Assembly (NCBI GenBank): GCA_041672305.1
Contig: JBAYZW010000004.1
Location: forward strand, 559-24,558
DNA from: Bacilli bacterium
GTDB lineage: Bacteria; Bacillota_I; Bacilli_A; RFN20; CAG-826
Direction of reading: 5' to 3'
DNA length: 24,000 bases
The translations under genes and the position numbers were made by a program. Shown here one piece after another: positions 16,546 to 24,000 of this stretch (positions are counted from its first letter, which is position 1; every line of letters begins with the position of its first letter). Under the pieces are notes generated by a model that saw only the letters and a program-made list of their open reading frames with translations, did no database searches and had not been told where the DNA came from.

Positions 16546-16680
16546 TTGAAAGGTTGACTGCTCGCGTTGATGTGCGAGGTTGCTGATACACCCACAGGCG
16601 TTGTCATGAAGGTGGTATCAGGTAATTCGTATAGAGAGAGTAAAAGTCATAGCCTGAAAAGTGATATAGGAGGAAATTTC
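16546..16680 (+). promoter_or_regulatory. ~135-nt structured 5' leader of the S10 operon (candidate autoregulatory r-protein leader)
   Basis: Hairpin A pairs CUCGC (16561-16565) with GCGAG (16574-16578). Hairpin B pairs CUGAUACACC (16583-16592) with GGU-G-GUAUCAG (16611-16621), leaving one bulged G, and has an inner ACA/UGT helix. The SD UAGGAGGA lies at 16667-16674. Confidence 0.4.
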
Positions 16681-16992
16681 ATGGCAAAAGTTACCAAGAT
16701 CAGGGTTCGCTTAAAAGCTTATGATCACGCTAATCTCGATGTGAGTGCTAGCAAGATTGTTGAAGCCGCGAAAAACACTGGGGCGACTGTTGTGGGTCCC
16801 ATTCCGCTCCCGACGGAAAAGCAAGTTTACACGATTTTAAGAGCTGTTCATAAGTATAAAGATTCTCGTGAACAATTCGAAATCAGAACACACAAACGTA
16901 TTATCGATATTACAAATCCCAAGAAAGAAACAATCGATGCATTAAAAAATCTCGATTTACCATCTGGAGTTGATATCGAAATTAAATTATAA
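16681..16992 (+). CDS. rpsJ: 30S ribosomal protein S10
   Basis: [16 protein letters not shown]...GPIPLPT, 103 aa, with an AGGAGG SD 7 nt upstream. The ORF-track start at 16567 adds 38 non-homologous residues inside the leader. Confidence 0.95.
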   Translation: MAKVTKIRVRLKAYDHANLDVSASKIVEAAKNTGATVVGPIPLPTEKQVYTILRAVHKYKDSREQFEIRTHKRIIDITNPKKETIDALKNLDLPSGVDIEIKL

Positions 16993-17006
16993 GGAGGTAA
17001 GACAAA

Positions 17007-17750
17007 ATGAAAGCTATTTTAGGTCGTAAAATGGGCATGACAGAAGTCTTCGCTGAAGATGGAACCATGTATCCCGTTACTGTCGTTGAAGTCTTACCAA
17101 ACATTGTCACTCAAGTCAAAACTCTTGAGAAAGATGGTTATGCTGCTGTGCAAATTGGCTATGAAGAAATGAAAGCTTCACGCGCCAACAAATGCGAGTT
17201 AGGCATTGCCAAAAAAGCCGAAACTGTTCCCCATCAAGTCTCTGCCGAATTAAAAGGCGACGAAATGAGTGGTTACAAAGTCGGCGATGTCATCTCTGTT
17301 GATCTGTTCAAAAAAGGTGATGTTGTGGATGTCATTGGAACAGGAAAAGGTCATGGTTTCTCAGGTACAGTCAAACGTTGGAACGCTATTATTGGTCCAA
17401 AAGGTCATGGTTCTGGTTATCACAGAGGCCAAGGCTCCTTCGCTAATAATGGTCGTTACAATCATGGTGTCATGCCTGGTAAACACATGTCTGGACATTA
17501 TGGCAACGAATCTGTCACATTGTTGAATTTATATGTCGTGGATGTGAATGCCGAAAAGAATTACATCTTAATTAAAGGTCGAATCCCTGGTGCAAAGAAA
17601 TCCATCGTCACCATTCGCAGTGCGGTTAAGGTTGTGAAAAACCCTCGAACAATTAAAGATTTAATCAATCGCACACCTGTTGAGGTTGCTCCAGTTGAAG
17701 AGGCTCCTGTCGAAGAAGCTCCAGTCGCTGAAGAAGCCAAAGCTGAATAA
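17007..17750 (+). CDS. rplC: 50S ribosomal protein L3 (with ~39-aa C-terminal extension)
   Basis: Contains GRKMGMTEVF and VDVIGTGKGHGFSGTVKRW, with an AAGGAGG SD. The tail ends PVEVAPVEEAPVEEAPVAEEAKAE. Confidence 0.95.
   Translation: MKAILGRKMGMTEVFAEDGTMYPVTVVEVLPNIVTQVKTLEKDGYAAVQIGYEEMKASRANKCELGIAKKAETVPHQVSAELKGDEMSGYKVGDVISVDLFKKGDVVDVIGTGKGHGFSGTVKRWNAIIGPKGHGSGYHRGQGSFANNGRYNHGVMPGKHMSGHYGNESVTLLNLYVVDVNAEKNYILIKGRIPGAKKSIVTIRSAVKVVKNPRTIKDLINRTPVEVAPVEEAPVEEAPVAEEAKAE
17676..17732 (+). repeat. imperfect 15-bp (APVEE) tandem repeat, ~3.8 copies, inside the L3 tail
   Basis: The units are gctccagttgaagag (17688-17702), gctcctgtcgaagaa (17703-17717) and gctccagtcgctgaa (17718-17732). 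A partial unit cctgttgaggtt (17676-17687) precedes them. Confidence 0.7.
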
Positions 17751-17771
17751 GAACGGAAGGAGAACTAGAAA

Positions 17772-18410
17772 ATGGCAGAAAAGAAATCAATTAGCGTCAA
17801 AGTCTATGATATGACAGGCGCCGAAGTTTCCAAAATTGCGTTAGATGCTAGCGTCTTCGGAATCGAACCACACCAACAAGCGTTATTCGATGCCGTTCAA
17901 GTCGATCAAGCAAATTCTCGTCAAGCAACCGCTAAGACTAAAGTGAGACACGAAGTCAGCGGTGGTGGTAAAAAACCATGGAGACAAAAAGGAACTGGCC
18001 GAGCTCGTGCTGGTTCAAGTCGCTCCCCAATTTGGGTTGGCGGCGGTACGGTCTTCGGACCAGTGGGAAATCAAAACTATAAGATTTCTCAAAATAAAAA
18101 AGAACACAGCTTAGCCCTTAAGAGTGCTCTCTCATTGAAAGTGAAAGATGGCTTAAGAGTGGTTGATGATATCAAATTTAAGGATCCTAAAACGAAGGCC
18201 TTTGTCGCATTCCTTGATGCGTTAAAAGCTGAATCAAAAGTTTTGGTGGTCGTTAAATCAATTGATCTTAGCATCTTCCAAGCATCCCGCAACGTGGGAT
18301 ATGCGCGAGTTGTGACTGCGGACAATGTCAGCGTGACCGATTTGTTAAATGTTAACTATCTAGTCATGAGCAAAGACGCAGTGAAAGAAGTAGAGGAGGC
18401 ATTAAAGTAA
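17772..18410 (+). CDS. rplD: 50S ribosomal protein L4
   Basis: Contains GGGKKPWRQKGTGRARAGS, in a 212-aa protein, with a GGAG SD. Confidence 0.95.
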   Translation: MAEKKSISVKVYDMTGAEVSKIALDASVFGIEPHQQALFDAVQVDQANSRQATAKTKVRHEVSGGGKKPWRQKGTGRARAGSSRSPIWVGGGTVFGPVGNQNYKISQNKKEHSLALKSALSLKVKDGLRVVDDIKFKDPKTKAFVAFLDALKAESKVLVVVKSIDLSIFQASRNVGYARVVTADNVSVTDLLNVNYLVMSKDAVKEVEEALK

Positions 18411-18411
18411 T

Positions 18412-18756
18412 ATGGCAACCAAAAAGAAAGCCGGAGCTCAAGCTTCCGCTAACTTCCCAAAAGCCACTGAAAAAGACTTTGCCGTCATTCTCAAACCTGT
18501 TGTGACAGAAAAGAGCATGGCGCTTATGCAAGATTTAAACAAAGTCACAGTGAAAGTTCTTGCCTCGGCCAACAAGACCGACATTAAACTAGCGTTCCAA
18601 AGATTATTCAAAGTTAAAGTAATCGATGTCAAAGTTAGCAATGTGAGAAGCAAGACGACAACTAGAGGAACCCGCTATACCGGATCTATCTCTGGTTATA
18701 AGAAGGCCGTGGTGACAATCGCTGAAGGCGAAGCCCTCGACCTCTTCAAGGAATAA
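18412..18756 (+). CDS. rplW: 50S ribosomal protein L23 (with ~20-aa basic N-terminal extension)
   Basis: The core is ILKPVVTEKS...KVNV. A GAGGAGG SD lies inside the rplD 3' end. The N-terminus is MATKKKAGAQASANFPKATEK. Confidence 0.93.
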   Translation: MATKKKAGAQASANFPKATEKDFAVILKPVVTEKSMALMQDLNKVTVKVLASANKTDIKLAFQRLFKVKVIDVKVSNVRSKTTTRGTRYTGSISGYKKAVVTIAEGEALDLFKE

Positions 18757-18791
18757 CTAAAAGTTAGTTCCAAATTATAGGAGGAAGACAA

Positions 18792-19625
18792 ATGTCTATT
18801 AGAACTTACAAACCTACGAGCGCAAGCCGTAGAAACATGACAAACTCGACATTTGGTGATATCACAACAAAAACTCCTGAGAAAAGTTTATTAGTTACAT
18901 TATCCAAGTCTGGAGGCCGAAATAATCAAGGTGTGATTACCTGCCGCCACATTGGTGGAGGTCATAAACGCAAATACCGCGTGATTGACTTCAAGCGTAA
19001 TAAGGACAATATCCCAGCAATTGTGAAAACCATCGAGTATGATCCAAACCGCAATGCCAATATCTGTTTAGTTGCTTATCTTGATGGTGAAAAACGATAC
19101 ATTCTTGCACCAAAGGATATCAAAATTGGCTACAAAGTCATCTCTGGCGAAAGCGCTGATATCATGCCAGGAAACGCCATGTGCTTAAAGAGTATTCCTG
19201 AAGGTACATTCATTCATAATGTTGAACTTGAACCAGGAAGAGGCGGACAATTATGTCGCGCCGCGGGTGTTTCAGCCCAAGTCCTTGGCTCTGAAGGAAA
19301 ATATGTAATGCTCCGTCTCGCTTCTGGTGAGATGAGAAAAGTCCTTAATAACTGCCGTGCTACTATTGGCACAGTGGGCAATGAAGACTTCAACCTCATT
19401 CATAACGGCAAAGCCGGTAAAACCAGATGGTTAGGCGTTCGACCCACAGTGAGAGGTTCAGCGATGAACCCATGTGATCACCCCCATGGTGGTGGTGAAG
19501 GCAAGTGTCCTGTTGGTCGTGATGCACCACGGACTCCGTGGGGCAAACGCGCTCTAGGCGTGAAGACTAGAGATGCAAAGAAGTCATCCGGCAAATTAAT
19601 CGTCCGTCGCCGGAATGGTAAGTAA
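18792..19625 (+). CDS. rplB: 50S ribosomal protein L2
   Basis: Contains GGGHKRKYR and [12 protein letters not shown], in a 277-aa protein, with an AGGAGG SD. Confidence 0.97.
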   Translation: MSIRTYKPTSASRRNMTNSTFGDITTKTPEKSLLVTLSKSGGRNNQGVITCRHIGGGHKRKYRVIDFKRNKDNIPAIVKTIEYDPNRNANICLVAYLDGEKRYILAPKDIKIGYKVISGESADIMPGNAMCLKSIPEGTFIHNVELEPGRGGQLCRAAGVSAQVLGSEGKYVMLRLASGEMRKVLNNCRATIGTVGNEDFNLIHNGKAGKTRWLGVRPTVRGSAMNPCDHPHGGGEGKCPVGRDAPRTPWGKRALGVKTRDAKKSSGKLIVRRRNGK

Positions 19626-19640
19626 AGGAGGAAATGAATT

Positions 19641-19985
19641 ATGGCAAGAAGTTTGAAAAAAGGTGCCTTCGTTGATGAATCATTGATGAAAAAAGTCGAA
19701 AGATTAAACGCCGCGAACAAAAAAGAAATCATTAAAACATGGTCTCGTCGCTCTACTATTTATCCATCATTTGTTGGTCTTACCTTTGCGGTCTATAACG
19801 GTAAAGAGCACATCTCTGTCTATATTACAGAAGATATGGTCGGACATAAACTTGGCGAATTCTCTCCTACGAGAAAATTCACTGGCCACGGCAACGGATC
19901 TGATAAATCAGCGGGTCCTGTCCGTAGTGCTATCCCGACAGCCGCTCCCGTTTCTGCGCCTGCTGCAGGCTCAGAGAATAAATAG
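19641..19985 (+). CDS. rpsS: 30S ribosomal protein S19 (with ~22-aa A/P-rich C-terminal extension)
   Basis: Contains [12 protein letters not shown] and [16 protein letters not shown]. The tail is [25 protein letters not shown]. 114 aa, against my recollection of ~92 aa in Bacillus. Confidence 0.95.
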   Translation: MARSLKKGAFVDESLMKKVERLNAANKKEIIKTWSRRSTIYPSFVGLTFAVYNGKEHISVYITEDMVGHKLGEFSPTRKFTGHGNGSDKSAGPVRSAIPTAAPVSAPAAGSENK

Positions 19986-19996
19986 GAGGTATGAAT

Positions 19997-20527
19997 ATGA
20001 CAGAAGAAAAGAAAGTCGCTTCCAAGAAGGCTCCTGCTAAAAAAGCGAAAGCCCCAGTTGAAGAAGTAAAAGTTCCTGAAGTTGCGGAAACAAAAGTTGA
20101 AGCCCATAAAGGTAAAAAATCTACTCCTAAAAAAGTTGCTGCCGAGAAAAAGGCTGAAGAAAAGAAAGTTGAGGCTCCCAAAAAGCCCACTCCAACTGAA
20201 GCGCGCGCAATATCAAAAAATGTTCGTGTCACTCCACGTAAAGTCCGTCTCGTTATCGATTTAGTTCGTGGCAAAGATGTTAAAGTTGCACTCGGAATTC
20301 TCGCAAACGTTAATCGCGCTGCCAGTCTTCCAGTCACTAAGACGATTAAATCAGCTGCTGCTAATGCGACAAACAACTTCGGAATGGATGAAGATCGCTT
20401 ATACGTTTCTGAAATCTATGCTTGCGATGGTTTGCGAATGAAAAGATTCTTACCGAGAGCCAAAGGTTCGGCTTCCGGCTTAGTAAAAAGAAGCTCCCAC
20501 ATCACTGTGGTAGTCAAAATGAGATAG
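19997..20527 (+). CDS. rplV: 50S ribosomal protein L22 (with ~67-aa K/A/E/P-rich N-terminal extension)
   Basis: The core is ARAISKNVRVTPRKVRLVIDLVRGK...SSHITVVV. ATG 19997 lies 7 nt after AGGAGG (19984-19989). ATG 19991 is an alternative start. No in-frame start codon exists near the core boundary (~20198). Confidence 0.93.
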   Translation: MTEEKKVASKKAPAKKAKAPVEEVKVPEVAETKVEAHKGKKSTPKKVAAEKKAEEKKVEAPKKPTPTEARAISKNVRVTPRKVRLVIDLVRGKDVKVALGILANVNRAASLPVTKTIKSAAANATNNFGMDEDRLYVSEIYACDGLRMKRFLPRAKGSASGLVKRSSHITVVVKMR

Positions 20528-20538
20528 GAGGAATTACA

Positions 20539-21219
20539 ATGGGTCAAAAAGTTAGTCCAATTGGGATGAGAGTTGGCGTCAACAAGAATTGGAATTCGCG
20601 TTGGTACGCCGATGATCAAGAATACCATGTGTTCCTCAATCAAGATATCAAAGTTCGTCAGTATCTTGAGAAGAACCTTAAAGATGCGATGCTCTCGCAT
20701 GTTGAAATTGAAAGAACCAAGACTGATAAAGGTTTTAAGGTCGTCGTGATGATTTTCGTTGCTCGCCCTGGTGTCGTTATCGGTCAAGAAGGCAAAAATA
20801 TCAATAAAATTAAAGAAGATTTAAAGAAAATACTTGTTGATGGAGATGTGCGTGTCGATGTCGTCGAAGTGAAGAATCCTGATCTTGATGCTCGCATTGT
20901 CGCTTGCTCTATCGCCAAGCAAATCGAAGAAAGAGCCTCTTTTAGAACCGCTCAAAAGAAAGCCATTCAAAGAGTTCGTAAAGCGGGTGCTAAAGGGTGC
21001 CGTACTTTGCTCTCTGGTCGTTTAGGGGGCGCGGATATCGCTCGTAGTGAAGGTTATAAGGAAGGAATCATCCCTCTTCATACCTTACGCAGTGACATTG
21101 ACTACGCTGTTGCCGAAGCCGCTACTCAATATGGCCGTTTAGGTATCAAAGTATGGATTTGTCGCGGAGAAATTCGTCCTGAACTTCAAAAGAAATCTTC
21201 TGAAGGGAAAGGAGAATAA
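20539..21219 (+). CDS. rpsC: 30S ribosomal protein S3
   Basis: [14 protein letters not shown]..., 226 aa, with an AGGAGG SD at 20526-20531. The ORF-track start at 20422 lies inside rplV. Confidence 0.96.
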   Translation: MGQKVSPIGMRVGVNKNWNSRWYADDQEYHVFLNQDIKVRQYLEKNLKDAMLSHVEIERTKTDKGFKVVVMIFVARPGVVIGQEGKNINKIKEDLKKILVDGDVRVDVVEVKNPDLDARIVACSIAKQIEERASFRTAQKKAIQRVRKAGAKGCRTLLSGRLGGADIARSEGYKEGIIPLHTLRSDIDYAVAEAATQYGRLGIKVWICRGEIRPELQKKSSEGKGE

Positions 21220-21221
21220 TC

Positions 21222-21635
21222 ATGTTACAACCAAAAAGAGTTAAGTATCGTCGTCCTCACATCGTGAGATATGAAGGCAAAGCGACATCTTGTTTAACCG
21301 TTGCCTTTGGTGAATATGGTCTTGAAGCTCTCGAAGGAACTTGGATCACTACTCGTCAGATTGAATCTGCTCGTGTGGTCTTGGCTCGATACACCAAACG
21401 TGGAGGTCAGATTTGGATTCGAATCTTCCCTCAATTAGCGAAAACCAAGAAACCGGCCGAAGTTCGTATGGGTTCTGGTAAAGGTAACCCCGAAGATTGG
21501 GTCGCCGTTGTAAAAAAAGGAACCGTTATGTTTGAGATAGCGGGATGTAATGCCGAAGATATGCAAGAAGCTCTTCGCCTTGCCGCCTATAAGCTCCCGA
21601 TCAAATGTAAAGTGGTCAAGAAAGGTGAGGAATAA
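21222..21635 (+). CDS. rplP: 50S ribosomal protein L16
   Basis: Contains [11 protein letters not shown] and [10 protein letters not shown], in a 137-aa protein. Confidence 0.96.
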   Translation: MLQPKRVKYRRPHIVRYEGKATSCLTVAFGEYGLEALEGTWITTRQIESARVVLARYTKRGGQIWIRIFPQLAKTKKPAEVRMGSGKGNPEDWVAVVKKGTVMFEIAGCNAEDMQEALRLAAYKLPIKCKVVKKGEE

Positions 21636-21638
21636 TTT

Positions 21639-21836
21639 ATGAAAATTAATGAAGTACGTGAATTAACCACGAGCGAATTAAAAGAAAAATTATACTCGCT
21701 CAAAGAACAACTCTTCGAACTCCGTCGTAAAAAAGCCGTCGGTGCCCTTGAAAGAGGCGAAGAAGTTATCGGTGTTCGCAAAGACATCGCTCGCGTAAAT
21801 ATGGTTCTCCGCGAAAGAGAACTACAAGAAAAATAA
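21639..21836 (+). CDS. rpmC: 50S ribosomal protein L29
   Basis: Begins MKINEVRELTTSELKEKLYSLKEQLFELR, in a 65-aa protein. Confidence 0.93.
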   Translation: MKINEVRELTTSELKEKLYSLKEQLFELRRKKAVGALERGEEVIGVRKDIARVNMVLRERELQEK

Positions 21837-21850
21837 GGAGGTAATTGTCA

Positions 21851-22351
21851 ATGGAAAGAAAAACACAAGTGAGACGTACCGTTCAGGGCGTTGTCATCAG
21901 CGATAAGAATGACAAGACAATTGTCGTCCTTGTTGAGACACACAAAAAACATCCTATCTATGGAAAACGTGTCAAATATGGCAAGAAATATTATGCTCAT
22001 GATGAGAATAATGATGCCAAAAATGGTGATACTGTGACTATTATGGAAACTCGTCGTTTAAGTGCGACTAAGCGCTTCCGTTTAGTTAGTATTGATAAAA
22101 AAGCCGAATTGACAGTTAAGGAAGCTGAAGCAGAATTGAAAGAAGAAATTCTTGAAGCTGAAACTTCTGAGCCTGTTGAAGAAGCTGAACCAATTGTCGA
22201 AGAAAAGCCAGCCGAAGAAGCTGAACCAAAATCTCAAGTCGAAGAAGTCAAGGCAGAGGAAAAACCTGCTGAGAAACCTGCGGCGAAGAAAGTTGCGGTT
22301 AAGAAATCCTCTGCTAGTGAAAAACCTGCTGAGAAAAAGGAGGAAGAATAA
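21851..22351 (+). CDS. rpsQ: 30S ribosomal protein S17 (with ~80-aa acidic-then-basic C-terminal extension)
   Basis: The core is [26 protein letters not shown]...[12 protein letters not shown] 21851 lies 9 nt after AAGGAGG. TTG 21845 is too close to the SD. 166 aa, against my recollection of ~87 aa in Bacillus. Confidence 0.93.
   Translation: MERKTQVRRTVQGVVISDKNDKTIVVLVETHKKHPIYGKRVKYGKKYYAHDENNDAKNGDTVTIMETRRLSATKRFRLVSIDKKAELTVKEAEAELKEEILEAETSEPVEEAEPIVEEKPAEEAEPKSQVEEVKAEEKPAEKPAAKKVAVKKSSASEKPAEKKEEE
22178..22336 (+). repeat. dispersed perfect direct repeats inside the S17 tail
   Basis: gaagaagctgaacca occurs at 22178-22192 and 22214-22228 (EEAEP). gaaaaacctgctgagaaa occurs at 22259-22276 and 22319-22336 (EKPAEK). 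Confidence 0.8.
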
Positions 22352-22353
22352 GT

Positions 22354-22731
22354 ATGATCCAAAAGGAAACAAACCTCGTTGTTGCTGACAATAGTGGGGC
22401 TCGTTCTGTTCGTGCCTTCAACCTTTATGGCGGCAGTCATCGCAAATCGAGTAGTATCGGTGATATTGTTCTAGCTGCGGTGAAAGATGCTGTTCCAAAC
22501 AGCAAAGTGAAGAAAGGTGACGTTGTCAGATGTGTCATCGTTCGCACAAAAAAAGCGATTAATCGTCGCGATGGTTCCACTATTTCCTTTGGAGATAACG
22601 CTGTCGTGATTATTACGGAAGAAAACGTACCCGTGGGCACACGTGTCTTTGGACCTGTGGCGCGTGAGTTACGTGAAGCCGGTATCGATGGATTCATGAA
22701 AATTGTCTCCCTCGCTCCCGAAGTGTTATAG
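22354..22731 (+). CDS. rplN: 50S ribosomal protein L14
   Basis: Contains [16 protein letters not shown] and [12 protein letters not shown], in a 125-aa protein. Confidence 0.96.
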   Translation: MIQKETNLVVADNSGARSVRAFNLYGGSHRKSSSIGDIVLAAVKDAVPNSKVKKGDVVRCVIVRTKKAINRRDGSTISFGDNAVVIITEENVPVGTRVFGPVARELREAGIDGFMKIVSLAPEVL

Positions 22732-22744
22732 GAGGATAGTCACT

Positions 22745-23050
22745 ATGAATATCGTAAAAGGTGATAAAGTTATCGTCATCGCCGGTCGTGACAAAGGCAA
22801 AAGTGGTGTCGTACAAAAAGTCATCCCTGAGCTCAATCGCGTCGTTATTGAAAATGTTAACGTCCGTAAAAAACACAAAAAACCAACCCAAGCTAATCCA
22901 GAAGGCTCCATCGTTGAAGTTTACGCTCCTATCGACGCGAGCAATGTGATGCTTGAAGACCCAAAAACTAAAAAACCAACCCGTGTTGGTCATAAGTTAG
23001 TCAAAGGTAAGAAAGTTCGCTTCGCTAAGAAGAGCGGACAGGCGCTATAA
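22745..23050 (+). CDS. rplX: 50S ribosomal protein L24
   Basis: [21 protein letters not shown] (KOW motif), 101 aa, with an AGGAGGA SD at 22730-22736. The ORF-track start at 22703 lies inside rplN. Confidence 0.95.
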   Translation: MNIVKGDKVIVIAGRDKGKSGVVQKVIPELNRVVIENVNVRKKHKKPTQANPEGSIVEVYAPIDASNVMLEDPKTKKPTRVGHKLVKGKKVRFAKKSGQAL

Positions 23051-23063
23051 GGAGGAATTAGTT

Positions 23064-23798
23064 ATGGCCGAAGAAGAAAAAATTGCTAAAAAGCCAGCCG
23101 CTAAGAAACCCGCTAGCGCTGCTAAGAAACCCGCTACTAAAAAAACGGCTCCTGTTAAAGAAGAAGTTAAAGTAGCCAAGGCAAAAGAAGAAAAAGCCCC
23201 TGTTGTTAAAAAGCCAAGTGCGAAAAAAGCTGCAGGTGGACATAAGGTTGCCAAAGTTGTCAATCGTCTCCAAACTCGTTATGAGAATGAAGTGAAAAAA
23301 GCTCTTCATGAGAAGTATCAATACTCTTCAACGATGGAGATTCCAAATCTTAATAAGGTTGTCATCAATATTGGAGTTGGCGATGCCACCCAAGATGCCA
23401 AACGCTTGGAAGAAGCCGTTTCTGAACTAACAGTGATTACTGGTCAAAAACCTATCATTACTAAAGCTAAGAAATCAATTGCGACTTTCAAATTAAGAGA
23501 GGGACAAGAAATTGGCTGTAAAGTCACTTTAAGAGGTTTAAGAATGTGGGACTTCTTTGATAAGTTAGTCTCTATTGCTCTCCCTCGTGTTCGTGACTTC
23601 CGTGGTGTTTCAAGAAATGCCTTTGATGGACGTGGAAATTACACCCTTGGAATTAAAGAACAATTAATCTTCCCAGAGATTGATTATGATAAGGTGGCGA
23701 AAATTCGCGGTATGGATATCGTTGTGGTGACCACGGCGAAAACAGATAAGGAAGCTTACTCATTACTTGAATTATTGGGTATGCCCTTCAAGAGATAG
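23064..23798 (+). CDS. rplE: 50S ribosomal protein L5 (with ~65-aa K/A/P-rich N-terminal extension)
   Basis: The core is [11 protein letters not shown]...[10 protein letters not shown]...[11 protein letters not shown]...[19 protein letters not shown]. An AAGGAGG SD lies 7 nt before ATG 23064. 244 aa, against my recollection of ~179 aa in Bacillus. Confidence 0.95.
   Translation: MAEEEKIAKKPAAKKPASAAKKPATKKTAPVKEEVKVAKAKEEKAPVVKKPSAKKAAGGHKVAKVVNRLQTRYENEVKKALHEKYQYSSTMEIPNLNKVVINIGVGDATQDAKRLEEAVSELTVITGQKPIITKAKKSIATFKLREGQEIGCKVTLRGLRMWDFFDKLVSIALPRVRDFRGVSRNAFDGRGNYTLGIKEQLIFPEIDYDKVAKIRGMDIVVVTTAKTDKEAYSLLELLGMPFKR
23100..23136 (+). repeat. 16-nt perfect direct repeat with 21-nt period (AKKPAxx heptad) inside the L5 N-terminal extension
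   Basis: gctaagaaacccgcta occurs at 23100-23115 and again at 23121-23136. Confidence 0.8.
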
Positions 23799-23814
23799 AA
23801 AGGAGAACTAAAAC

Positions 23815-24000
23815 ATGGCAAAAACTAGTCAAAAAATTCGTCAATCAAGACCCCAAAAGTTTAAGGTTAGAGAATATACTCGTTGTGAACGTTGTGGACG
23901 TCCTCATTCTGTCTATTCTAAATTCCATTTATGCCGTATTTGTTTGCGTGAACTCGCCTATAAGGGTGAGATTCCCGGCATGAAGAAATCATCTTGGTAA
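23815..24000 (+). CDS. rpsN: 30S ribosomal protein S14, short zinc-binding (type Z) form
   Basis: A 61-aa protein with CERCGRPHS...CRIC (CxxC...CxxC) that ends KSSW. The TAA stop occupies the last three bases of the window. Confidence 0.95.
   Translation: MAKTSQKIRQSRPQKFKVREYTRCERCGRPHSVYSKFHLCRICLRELAYKGEIPGMKKSSW

Noticed and set aside
16567-16680. A 38-aa N-terminal extension of S10 suggested by the ORF track (start at 16567)
   Set aside because: The extra residues have no S10 homology. A strong AGGAGG SD sits 7 nt before ATG 16681, which gives a canonical 103-aa S10. The region is better explained as a structured 5' leader.
19214-20787. Minus-strand ORFs antisense to rplB, rpsS, rplV and rpsC (for example 19930-20376, 148 aa; 20416-20787, 123 aa)
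   Set aside because: They are antisense to highly conserved r-protein genes. The open frames arise because GAA/AAG/GCT-rich tails lack stop codons on the complement. The products are F/L/A/S-rich with no start context.
22082-23321. Antisense and alternative-frame ORFs over the S17 tail, rplN, rplX and the L5 N-terminal extension (22082-22372, 22152-22388, 22234-22440, 22437-22697, 22694-22993, 23045-23263, 23058-23321 and others)
   Set aside because: The cause is the same: repetitive Lys/Glu/Ala/Pro codons keep several frames open. None has an SD or a recognisable domain.

Overview
AT-rich chromosomal segment from a low-GC Bacillota/Mycoplasmatota-like bacterium. It reads with the standard code: TGA is a stop at 3522-3524 and 9281-9283, and Trp is TGG. 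The content is core housekeeping. I see no CRISPR array, transposase, integrase, phage gene, toxin-antitoxin or recognisable defence gene. Left to right: (1) the 3' part of fhs. (2) A large secreted or anchored protein with an OB-like region, two Big_2 domains and a ComEC-type metallo-beta-lactamase domain, probably a surface nuclease. (3) A CBS-pair protein on the minus strand. (4) A tightly packed putative lipid operon: TM-fused GT2 glycosyltransferase, PlsC-type acyltransferase, Sfp-type PPTase, DegV fatty-acid-binding protein and a TM-anchored alpha/beta hydrolase with Cys at the nucleophile position. (5) A minus-strand pepT, nucleoside hydrolase and ribokinase operon. (6) A 195-aa unknown protein, then prs. 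(7) A queuosine salvage operon, queT-tgt-queA-queH, preceded by what looks like a class I preQ1 riboswitch that sequesters the queT SD. (8) A consensus-like promoter, a ~135-nt structured leader and the canonical S10/spc operon from rpsJ to rpsN. No convincing new multi-gene system is evident. The most unusual points are these: six ribosomal proteins carry long K/A/P/E-rich low-complexity tails with internal DNA direct repeats; the surface protein resembles ComEC without its channel; the S10 leader is uncharacterised; and a 16-bp perfect palindrome sits in the pepT divergent promoter region.
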